Shown here in pieces: positions 11,901 through 21,710 of a stretch of 64,000 nt of DNA; within the stretch, counting starts at the first letter, position 1, and the number at the start of each line of letters is the position of its first letter. Location of the stretch: the NCBI GenBank assembly GCA_001643675.2, contig LSRY02000007.1, positions 806,001-870,000 of the forward strand, given 5' to 3'. The DNA is from Monocercomonoides exilis PA203 (Eukaryota; Protista; Preaxostyla). The position numbers and the translations under genes were made by a program. The notes beneath the pieces are model-generated. The model had not been told where the DNA came from and did no database searches. It saw nothing but the letters and a program-made list of their open reading frames with translations.

Positions 11901-11939
11901 CGCAGGCAATACAACGCAATAAAAGAAACGAATTATTGA
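8922..11939 (+). CDS. Intronless type-I membrane / cell-surface protein with right-handed beta-helix (pectin-lyase-like) repeats
   Basis: N-terminal hydrophobic stretch (FMFLFLSALCC); twice-repeated G.D/N...CG....PC.(T/Q)L motif; F.NC....GGA(L/M) beta-helix signatures; C-terminal TM segment (LIAIIVSVGAFAVVAVVVVVVTIVCAV) followed by RFKKRR. Start placed at ATG 8922 rather than 8826. Confidence 0.8.
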   Translation: MVKIKKDSFWQKHSFMFLFLSALCCIYDINCVDENGGEEMQTTREKVDAFFSRKVNCASKGIDCLSLNSPARFWEYKEITEKADGTADKRNKMDFGDLDNFSSQKDNEKSFSEGHAKIMYKEMQRNDESEVKVDGENGVDSEECGLSGNAPCKTLKKAVAHCKPEGMLQIRTAENCNKFDTEPIVIDGRLIKLDNGDESIIRVTTALDEKKVKNGDALFYVKGKGYLYIGYAEICVDTKRESGRNQGLIVVEGEDSQIEMVRSNISNTEAGNGLSCVLIECKSGKMTFQYVEITNFVSSNALILAESSPKIEFSHIILDTITSKSETQSVVTVMGGCQSAKFDGCTFTNCWSTEHRLGGALYLEITNSEHPCIFFRMHFTNCSCGKANENADGLNVQLNDESKGGAMFIQAADEATKTLKLTLKEFIFSNCAAEKGEYIYFSFPTGKEQIDEEQFYFEMEGIYGKQNYILLEDRKEGRIIDLMADKENMLPYHSENIYVGGEKASNEKTCGRKEEPCSQLSGMAKRETWRNRMSLHIIGKVLVNEPFSGCQRTAFSSMSGSLSMASAKSEENRGTLRIGANLKAGKSIAVLGGENTFFSFNHVDIEYPDAIEGDALNVLYGRNSIRVVDVVFRPWFTGLKGENVLGGEGQLLPYKLIEFEHTSQEFSQLVIYGRNKNITQRSQRESDGTANGLRAFRSVKNEEHLNYGSEENNLLCSWDSGIVFLNDTGSTDINDSLFVDISDGVIFSSLGSLNLYNCSFVNNHPIDAGWEKFPSLRHNIQFNEGGHYLIQVESLSPGSDGLDGKPFGMVTEKEPSGTVVENMDSYFFSPVLKNVTLKREEEAGQKNELHSKNEIEKEIEAVVHGLYLFPCGLTFEASKKRKGEEMKWTNCPVSEYTNETEMKVRIPPSLLDVDDYTSVVCRLTYPSGIINGEKKHSINAIMVKQKKNETNENSPKKLTKAQLIAIIVSVGAFAVVAVVVVVVTIVCAVRFKKRRQYNAIKETNY

Positions 11940-12367
11940 ATTGGAATGTGTCAGTTTTCTCTGTTTTTATTTTTCAATTTTTATTTTTTTTAATTTTTGA
12001 TTTTTGATTGATTTCAATGTTATGTTTTTGGACACATGTTATGTTGTGTTCACAATGTTTGAAATTTTTGTTGTAAAAAAGTTTAAAAAAGACGTTTTAA
12101 GAATGCTTTACAGACCGAAATATAACAAGAGATTTGTTTAAACTTCGTCTTTTGTGTATTTTCTTAATATTTCCAATTTTATTTTATGTTTTCGAAATAC
12201 GAGAAGTCTCGTATTTGCTCTTTTTGATATTGCCGTTTGTGCACTTTATTTGAGTTCTTTAACTCTTCTGTGAGATTTTAACAGACTTGTGACGTTGGAT
12301 GAAATTATAATTTGACTAGATCTTTCTCTTATGAGGAGGATGCAAAAACTGTAGATTTTTTTATTTT

Positions 12368-12413
12368 TTTCTTTTCTTTTCTTTTCTTTTCTTTTCTTTT
12401 CTTTTCTTTTCTT
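12368..12413 (+). repeat. (TTTTC)n microsatellite
   Basis: Direct reading; the same unit forms most of the intron at ~17322-17385. Confidence 0.9.
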
Positions 12414-12677
12414 TTTTTCTATCTCATTGAAATTGTTATTTTTGAAATGTTGTTTATTTTTTTAAGTTTTCATTAGCCGTCGTTGACAAAAAAACAAACA
12501 AATTTTTAATAACATAAAAGATTATTTTCTTATTTTCAGTATTTTGAAATTTTGATTTGTTTGAAAAATTTTTTGCAGCGTGATTTAATGACACAAACTT
12601 TTTTTTTTTTGGAAATTCAAATAGAAAGACGAGTATTGAAAATTAAATTCCAATAATTTATCCAATTATGAACAAAT

Positions 12678-12858
12678 GGGTAATTATTTATGAGATCATT
12701 GTTTTCCAAGATAATTTTTTTGTGCCAATCGAAATTCAAAAAAATGAACATTCTTTATCTTGTGAGACTTTGAATAATGTTTCATTCATATCTTTTCTTT
12801 TCATGCTATTCGTATGAAAAGTGGTAATATTATATTATTGCATTCATAAAACTTGTGA

Positions 12859-12920
<62 letters not shown>

Positions 12921-12975
12921 ATCTATTGTTAGTAACAAATGAACAAAAAAGGTAATCAGATCCAAAAATTTTCCC
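12678..12975. mobile_element. Degenerate family-B MITE with internal poly(A) (12860-12918), directly abutting the next element
   Basis: AAAT|GGGTAATTATTTATGAGATCATT left end; right end ...ATCCAAAAATTTTCCC|ATAT, whose ATAT is shared with the element starting at 12980. Confidence 0.5.
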
Positions 12976-12979
12976 ATAT

Positions 12980-13673
12980 GGGTCATTCTTTTTGAAAAGT
13001 CGCAAAAGTTGAATTTTCAAATACAGTCAAAACCGGATTTAATCACGTCGAATATAATCACATTCGCCTATAGTCACATTTTTCGATGCACCGACATTTT
13101 TTGCTTGTTTTTCATTCATTTTTCATCGAATATAATCACAGGGATGAAAGTATATAATCACATTTTTAATTAAAATGGGTGACTTTTTCAATGAAAAATC
13201 GATTTTTTGATCAAAAATCTCAATTTTTCGCGTTTGCAAAAATGTGCTCAAATAAGTTAAAATAATATGCATTTTCGCAAAAAATTAATTTCGCAAGTGA
13301 AAAATGGGTTTTTTATGAAGAATTTTCAAAAATGAAAAAATCGACCCAAAATTAATTAATTAATTAATTAATTTTTATTTTTTTCTGTGTAAAGCAGCAT
13401 CGTGTATTATCACAATCGGATATAGTCACAAAAAGTTGTGCAAAAACCGATGTGATTATATCCGGTTTAGACTGTAAATCAAAAAATTCATATTTTGCTC
13501 AAATTTTCGTTTCCGCTTATGAATCTTCTTAATTATTCATGAAATGGCATTATCAAGTGATAGATTCAATGTTAGTGAAGTTTGGTGTTTGGAAACATAA
13601 TTTTGAGCAAATTTTGAAATTTTTTTTTCAATCTGAGAATAAAACATTTGCGACTTTTCAAAAAGAAAAACCC
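12980..13673. mobile_element. Family-B-related MITE (ATAT TSD) interrupted by a family-A MITE
   Basis: ATAT|GGGTCATTCTTTTTGAAAAGTCGCAAA ... TTTGCGACTTTTCAAAAAGAAAAACCC|ATAT; about 240 bp once the insert is removed. Confidence 0.82.
13024..13474. mobile_element. Tc1/mariner/pogo-like MITE (family A) with TA TSD
   Basis: TA|CAGTCAAAACCGGATTTAATCAC ... GTGATTATATCCGGTTTAGACTG|TA; multiple internal TATAATCACA/TATAGTCACA repeats. Confidence 0.88.
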
Positions 13674-13969
13674 ATATTGAAAAATCTTTATTATTCACAA
13701 AAATTTTGTGTTGTGAATAACTTTCAAATGTTCAACGAATCAGAAATTTTGTTATATGCAGAGAATAAAAAAAATCTTTGAAGAATTAGAAAAATACATA
13801 AACATGGAAGAATCAAAAGAAGAGTTTAGCTCAATGGATTTTGATACAGAAGAAAACCGAATAACAATGCAATCTGACCGTCTTGTTGAAAGCGATATCA
13901 AAAATTCGAATGCATAAACCGAATCAATCGAATCATTTTTTCAATCAATCTTTTTGAACAATTTTATAT

Positions 13970-14228
13970 GGGTGATTATTTTTGAAATCATAACTTTTTT
14001 CGGCATATCTGTTTTCAAAGATTTTAAGTTTTTTTGAAAAGAAATTTCAAATTCTGAAGAGAACTAATTTGGAAATTATTTAATAAAATCAATGTTTTGA
14101 CCTAATTAATGATAAAATTGTCTTCAATAAGCCTTTTCACTTTTCAATGTTCATTTGATAATATACAAGGTTATTTTTTGAACCAAAAATTTTGATTGAA
14201 AAAAAGCGATTTAAAAAAATAGTCGCCC
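13970..14228. mobile_element. MITE family B
   Basis: ATAT|GGGTGATTATTTTTGAAATCATAAC ... GATTTAAAAAAATAGTCGCCC|ATAT; 259 bp, similar in size and interior to 1871-2126. Confidence 0.82.
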
Positions 14229-14331
14229 ATATTATTAATGAAAATACAACAAAAACATACAAAAGAATTAACTTATTATATTTCATTATGTCAAATTATC
14301 TAATTTGTCCAAACATCTACTCATTTTTATC

Positions 14332-14390
<59 letters not shown>

Positions 14391-14702
14391 ATTCAAAAAA
14401 ACGAATTCAAAATTGGAAAAAAATTTGTTCAGTTTTTAAACAAAAAATTTTTGTTTGTGTTGTGAATCACTCTCATCGTGCAATACAAAAGTTAATTATT
14501 ATTATTGTTTAATAGTTTTATTTGAGTGTATTTTCATTTCGCAGGTATAATTTTTTTTAATAATGCTGATTTTTTGAATTGAATAAATTCAGTTTATAAC
14601 TTATTCAAAAATATCGGAAAAACATTTTCAGTAATGAAATATTTTAAACTTTATGATTATTAGAAGTTTTTGTGTCAACGTCCATAAGTGTTTTTTTTCA
14701 GA

Positions 14703-14756
14703 GGAAAAACTTTTGTGACGAATGTGACGAATTTTTCTTCAAAACACTCAGTGTTG
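14703..14756 (+). mobile_element. Degenerate solo right end of the hAT-like family seen at 3187-6186
   Basis: GGAAAAACTTTTGTGACGAATGTGACGAATTTTTCTTCAAAACACTCAGTGTTG aligns with GGAAAATTTGTGACGGACGTGACAAATTTTTTTCTTCACGTCACCCAGGGTAA (6134-6186). Confidence 0.6.
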
Positions 14757-14886
14757 TCAGCAAATATTTTTCAATAATAGTCTCACACTATTTTGATGAA
14801 GAAATTTTATTGACTGTGATTGATATTAACTTCTCGATCTTTTCCAAAACATTATAATAAAGATCACGAGAATAAACTGCTTTTAA

Positions 14887-17646
14887 ATGTCAGGTGAGTC
14901 TCCTTTATCTTTAGAACATGCTATTGGTGGAACAAGAATTCTATATAGCCATCCTACTCAGCATAACCTGTTAATACATACAATAGGAGCTGTATGCGTG
15001 ATATCTAACCTTGATGATATGTTTGTTTTGCTTTTGTAATTAACATCAAGATCATTTTTAACAATAACAAATTTATCTCTTTTAAGTCATAACCAAGTAT
15101 TTTTGAGGCGTCATACCGAAGCCATAAGTGCTCTTTCTGTTTCGGAACACTTCATTGCAACAGGTCAAGTTGGTCGAAAAGGAACTCGCGAGCCAGCTGC
15201 ACCAATATGCATCTGGAGGATCAAAGATGAATCACTTGTAGCATGCTTTGAGGCACATGTAATTAGTGTTACTGCACTTGCATTCAGTCCAGATGAGCGT
15301 TTCTTGGCAAGTGGTGGTGAAGATTGTACTCTTTGCATTTGGGACTTAAAGACAGGAAGTCGTTTAGCGTCAACAAAAGTTGATAAGCCCATTTCATCAT
15401 GTTTGTCTTTTTATTCTAAAAATTGCTTTTTTATAATAAATGTGAATAATAATAAATATAAAACTATATAATATTTCTGGAACAAGTGGCATTCGCGATG
15501 ACCCAATCAAGTTCACAAGGAGCTTCATCCTCTGCAACTCCGTCAGCTGGCGCTGGACTTCGTACTCGTGCTGCTGGTTCATTTGTTCGACCAGCGAATC
15601 CAAATTATAGAATTTTTGTTGCATCAGGAACAACATTGAGGAGCTATGAAATTTCTTGGAGCATAGCATCTCAGTGCTATATTCTTGGTAGAGCAGAAGC
15701 AGCAGGACTTCCATCCACAGGATTTGTTCGTAGCTATCCAACCTGTGTAATTGTTGGAGACGATCTTATATCTGGAACAGATTCCGGAGAAATAGTTGTA
15801 TTCAGTCTTTCAAATAGAATTTATCGAATGCACAAACGAGTATGAGTTTTTTATTTGAAAAATTCATCTTTATTTTCAATATCGTTAATCTTTTCTTGCT
15901 ATTCAGGCATGCAGCGGATCTGTATTATCGTTCTGCAGTGGGCACTGTGGGTATGACAGTCAGACTGTTGTTGTAGGCGGTGGCCACGGAGTTGTAGTAA
16001 TATTCGAAGGGCGCGACACAAGCTACAATATTGTCGATGTGGTAGATCTTCCCTGTGAAGGAGATGTTCTTTGCCTCTCACGTTTTTCGGAGGATTCGTT
16101 TATTGCACTGTCGTCTCGTGGTGCAGTCTACCGGATCGATAGATCAACTGAACACGAAGGGAAGTATGTGTACAAACTGGTGTTCCAGACCCCTCCATCG
16201 CCTCAGGGATGTGTTGCATTCCCACCTTCTTCTTCTGAGGTATTCTGCACAGCATCTTCTTGTGCCCGCCCAGGCATCACCTTCTCCACAGCCATCGCAT
16301 CTTCATCATCTTCTCCATCCACATCAGCATCAATTATGGCGCTTGCTTCCAGCTCTTCCCTGTCTCCTTCATCTGCACCTCACTCTGCTCTTTCTTCACA
16401 ACCTGCAGGCGTCCGCGTTTGGGACCTTAGCGATTATGCTGAGCTTGTTTTCGAGCCTTTGAACAACGATGTTTCTTCCATGGCAATGGGAGTGCTGCCA
16501 CACAGAACACAAGTCAAAGGAGGCGCAGCAGGAGCAACAGGAACAGCTGCACCGATGGGCGAGCTGGTTCATGTCGATGCTATTGTCACCGGCCATGTTG
16601 ACGGAACACTAAAGGCACACGATGCACACACAGGAACTCAACTTTGGTCGGGTTTGCTTAGCTATATATATATGTATATATTTTCATTTTCATTTTTGTT
16701 GTAATTATGATTTGATTGATTGATGCAATTTTCTTTATTATTTCACCTTAAATTTTTATATTCTTCACATTTCCCCTTAGTTCTGGCACATCGTGGTATG
16801 ACATCTGCAGTCAATGTTGGTAGCGGAGTTGTGCTGAGCGGAGGAGAAGACGGGCGCGTCCGCTGCTGGTCAGGCCGCACACACGAGACACTTGCTGAGT
16901 TCAAAGAGCACACCCGAGGAGTGCGCAGTGTGTTGGTGGACATTGCAGACAACAAGATAGCACATTCTTGTTCGACAGACAAGACCATCTGCTGCTTCGA
17001 TTTGGAGGAGGAGAAGAAAGTGAACGGACACATCACAGTGGACGAAGTGTTTGAGTGTATGTGCCAGCGCCCTGATGGAGAGAGAGAGCTGATCACTGGT
17101 GCACAGAACGGAATTGTGTCTGTGTGGGACTGGGATGCACCAGATTCTGTGTCGACTTTTGCGACAGAGTCGAAAGCGACAATTAATTCGATCGCTATTT
17201 CGTCTTCTGGAAGATACTTGGCTGTCTGCAATGACGATGGAGATGTTATCGTATATGGTATGATTTTTTAACAAAACATTACAAATGCATTTAAAAATTG
17301 TTTTTTTGCACCACATAAAATTTCTTTTCTTTTCTTTTCTTTTCTTTTCTTTTCTTTTCTTTTCTTTTCTTTTCTTTTCTCTTCTCTACTTTTCTTTTCT
17401 TTTCACCACTCACTGTTAGACATGCGCAACGTGAAGATTGTTCTTCCACCAGTTTCAGTGCTCCATGGAGGGCGTATCCCGCCTCCTCAGAAAAAGACAC
17501 ACGTCGATGTTTTGCCTCCTGTTAGTGACACGTGCGGAAAGGGCCATTCGGCCGCTGCACGCTCTCTTGCTTGGTCTCCGGATGAGAAGCAACTTGTTTC
17601 TGTTGGCGACGATTGCGGCATTTTAATATGGAACTTTTATGGATAA
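14887..17646 (+). CDS. CFAP52: CFAP52/WDR16-like double WD40 propeller protein (probable flagellar protein), 6 exons
   Basis: Introns 15021-15086, 15401-15486, 15840-15906, 16652-16780 and ~17258-17419 join in frame. N-terminus LSLEHAIG..HP..LIYTIGAVCVI..QVFLRRH..IATGQVG..ALAFSPDERFLASGG and C-terminus GHS..LAWSPDEKQLVSVGDD.GILIWNF follow the CFAP52 layout. Orthologue versus paralogue is not resolvable by eye. Confidence 0.7.
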
Positions 17647-18131
17647 ATAAATAAATATATGTATTTGGATTTAATCTTTGGTTGTCTAGACGGCTGTTAT
17701 TGAGTACAAGTGTTTTCAAACATTCATATGTATTGCAAATGGTGAACTATCAACTTATTACAATCAATTTATATCTTCGAAAGAAAATATTTCAATGACA
17801 TCACACAATTGCATCTTTTTAATCTACAAGCTCTTTTTTTAAATTCTAATTCTGAATGAATTTCTCTTCACTATTTTGGTAAATAACCATTTTTTTGATA
17901 CTCTTCATATTTTTGTTTGAATTTCTTCATTTCCTCCTCATTTTTCACAAAAACCAAACATTCAACATCATTTCTTGCCATATCATCTCAGAAATATTAT
18001 CACTCTCTTCACCATCCTTTTAACCTTCTTTCAATTCAGAAAAACAAAGTCATATGAGAATTTTCTCTTTATTTATTTGATAAAAACAAAAACAAACTGA
18101 AATAAAAAAGAAGATTTTCTATGAAGAATCG

Positions 18132-21100
18132 CTATGATTCTGTTGTAGATGGATTGAAGGTTGGCCAAAGATCATGAAGAGGCGGCTGAAGAGAAGGTGT
18201 TTCATCCAACGTTGGGATCGATGACAAGTCTTTGTATGCATTTTCTGCATCAGATTCAATCAGCTCTTCATTTGTCGCCCAATCCCTGTCGCTGGAACCT
18301 TCCTCAGAATCTCCTTCATCAGCACTCTCGCCTTCTCCGTCAACAGCACTCCCTTCTTCAAGCTCTTCTTCTTCATCTTCTTCTCCACTTTCATCATCAG
18401 CCATAGCAAGCTCTTCCTCTGACAAACCCATCAAACTTTGCTCCCCTGCATCTCCTCCAGACAGCGTCTGTACCTGAAAATAACTCATTTCCTGTCGCCT
18501 TTTTTTCGTCATGCGCCTCTGTGTCATCGAAAACTGCATCTTCAGCTTCTTTTTGTATGCTTTGTCTTCCATTGACTCTTCTTGAATTGTGTCTAATATG
18601 TCAAGCAGATTTATCGTATCGATAAACTCTGCGACTCGGTCTCCGCTGGAAGGAGGTTTCACAGAAGATCCATTCCCTTTCATTTGCTTGGGTTTTGAGT
18701 TAAAAGTAGCATCTTGCTTGCTTTGTGCAGAAGTTGTGGCTGTTTGTGTTTCCATCCCAGTCAAATCTCTCGTATTTTCACTTTCATTCATTGCTGATGA
18801 GCCATCACCTTCTTCTTCTTCATCTTCTTCCTCTTCCTGATCCATTTCGATCCAAGGAAATGCACAGACATATTTTGAGTAAATAAACTTAGCCATCAGC
18901 TGCTCCTTGCCGCTGCAAACCTGAATGCACTCTGTGATATACTCAGAATAGTGAGAAATAACCAGCTCTCTGAGAACGATGTTTTCTACAAGGTCTTTAA
19001 TGAGGATGTTCTTTGACTGATTGTAAAGCGGAGCTTGAGAGTGAGTAGATGCTGTTGAGCCGGATGAAGAAACAGCTTCTATTTTGTGAGACGTTATCAT
19101 AGAAGATGGAGAAGGAGAGAAGGAAGAAGAAGAAGAAGAAGAAGAAAAGGAAGAAAAGGCAGGAGTCGATGATGACAGAGAAGGTAAAACATTTGTTGGT
19201 ACTGGTGCCAAAGGCAAAGGCGGTGCAAACGAAGTGAAAGGAGATGGAGAAGTGTAGTTCAAAGAGGTTGCTGGAAATGGGCTTGGCTGAAGAAGCGAAT
19301 TGTCACTATTGATGGAAGATGGATAGCTTGGCTGAGCTGTTAAGTTGCTCGTGTCCTCGTCATATGCCATTCCAATATCGTTGTCTTTGTCTTCTTCACA
19401 TGTTTTTAGGGAGTCTTCATTTAAATGATCCACCTGTGACGATATTTTGTTTGATGCTGATGTTTTTTTCGTAAGCTTTCTATTCCTTTTCTTCAATTCT
19501 TTCCTTTTCCTCGCAATCTGAAGCTTCACCAGTTCTTGTCCTTCATCCAGTAGATGCTTCAGAACAAACAGCGACTTGTTAATAAGCTGTGCCCACTTAT
19601 CAACAGCATCGTTTGAATGCGTAAAATGGCAGGCAGACGTTGCCTCTTTGAACTTTGTCAAGAAGCGCCCCAGTGCCATCCCCACCGCCAAATGCGAACA
19701 CTCCTCAATCATCATGCGCTTCACAAGCGAAGACGTTAGCGTCAGATGTTTGAATGCAAACAGCACGTTTTCCTGAACTTCAAAGGAAGCAGTGGAGGAA
19801 GAGAGGGTGCTGACAAGATGGCGCAGAAAGCCCAATCGGCAGAGCAGCTCGGTCCGCTGTTCGCTTTCAGTAGCCATGTTGCTCAATGCCAAAGTGGCGT
19901 AATTTTGTAGCTGTGGGCCTCCGGATATGAGAGAATAGCGGATAAGTTTGAGGGAAGGCTCAGAATATATAGGCTAAGTTGGTCATTGCGGAGAAAAAGA
20001 ATATAAAAAGAAAAAGATATTGTTATTGGCTTCACAGATGGAAAAAACAATTGAAAGATGCAATCAACACTCAATCTACAGAACAATTTTCACTCTCCTC
20101 TTTTCTTTTCACCATTTCACAAATCCAAAGCATTACCAAATAAAAAAATAAAATAATTTGTAAAATACATACAGCTGTTAAGAGTTCTGAATCAAGGGTT
20201 GATATTTGCCTGATGATGATCATGAGTGTTTCTTCTTCCAACACATTTTGATGATCAGCACTCAACTGGAACATTACATTAACTCCACCATTCATAGAGA
20301 ATTTCTGAAATATTTATTATCAGTCAAAAAGATGAAGGAATTCGAAAATTATTTTGATGAAGATTCAACATAAATAACAGCATGTGAATGCATTAAGAAA
20401 TTGAAATTTTGTTGTTAAAAAAAAAAAAGGCATTATGAAAACTTTATTCAGAAAAAAACATTTGATAAAAAAGAAAACGCACACCTCCGCACATTTAGAG
20501 TCATCTTCAAAAATCTCACTTAAAACTCTAATAGCATCGCATCTGCACATAAAATGGAAAGTATTACTAAGTGCAGCATCACAAATTGAAAATCCATAAT
20601 CTGATATCTTCTTAATCAAAGGCTTACACCAACGCGATTCATTGAAAAAAAACATAATTGTGGCCAGAAAACCTTCCTCTGTACTTAAGGTGTGTGTAGC
20701 TGTTTTTTCTTGGCTGTCGTATTCCGTGTGAACGGCAAAGGAAAAAGTCGAAGATGTTTGAGGAAAAGAAGTTGTAATTCCTTTACTAAATACATCAACT
20801 AACTGCTGATCATTAAAACTTGAAGATGAAATTTTCAAAGAAGGAGCATTCGGGAAAAAATGAAGCAATAGAATTCTTAGCCATTCTGCAGCTGCATTTA
20901 TGATTTGATCAGGTAAAAATATACGCTCTCCTCCCGAAGCAGTAGAGATAACAGAAGCTAAAAGCCACCAAGTATCATTTCTAATTTGGAAATCTGGATG
21001 CTTTGAAACAATTTCTGAGGAAATTGAAATGACTCTTTGTTGTACAGCCTTTCCGATCTTTGGTTCATCGATAACTTTATTCAATAAAAAAAATATTAAT

Positions 21101-21710
21101 TTATTTGATTTTTTTAAAAAAGGAAAATAAGGCAAACCAAGAGTCGATAATAATCTAATAGCTTGCCGCTTAAATATACAATTAAGTTATATTTTAAATT
21201 ATTAACGTAAAATTATTATAATTTTAAAATTGCTGAGAAATACTTGACTTAAAAAACTTGAAAAATCTGCAGAAATTTCCATTAGCTTTGTAGGTACGTC
21301 ATATTTTAAAAGATGAGCCGCTGAGCTCTGCTTTCCTTTTGCTATTATTAGCATATAATATACTGTTTAATGTTTGAATAGAAAGGCAAACCAATTTTAT
21401 ATTGTTTTCTAATTTCCGCAAGAGCTGCAAGCTGTACACCTTTATCCGATGAATATAAAATTTGCATTAAATTATCTAATGTTCCTTTTAATGTAAATTC
21501 CTCTTTTAAATCTTCTTCATCCATTTGCCGTCTTTTAAGTAAAACTGATTTTCTATTCGTTGTTCTCAATTCAAGAGCAGTTTCACCATGTTTTTTAGAA
21601 TCAACATAATCTTCAATCTGATTATGAAAACGAGAAAATCTTTGATTGGCTCGATCAAAAGACGTCCATGGTGTTTTTATATTATTTTTATCATTATCAG
21701 GACGTGACAT
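18132..21710 (-). CDS. Divergent importin-alpha-like armadillo-repeat protein, ~6 exons, with long Ser-rich and acidic C-terminal region
   Basis: IBB-like N-terminus (RF....LELRTTNRKSVLLKRRQ), then L..L.S.D..VQLAALAEIRK; ARM-type helices (YATLALSNMA, VQENVLFAFKHL); GT-AG introns join the ORF pieces at 21.4, 21.2, 21.1, 20.4 and 20.1 kb. Start codon ambiguous (21710 or 21669). Confidence 0.6.
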
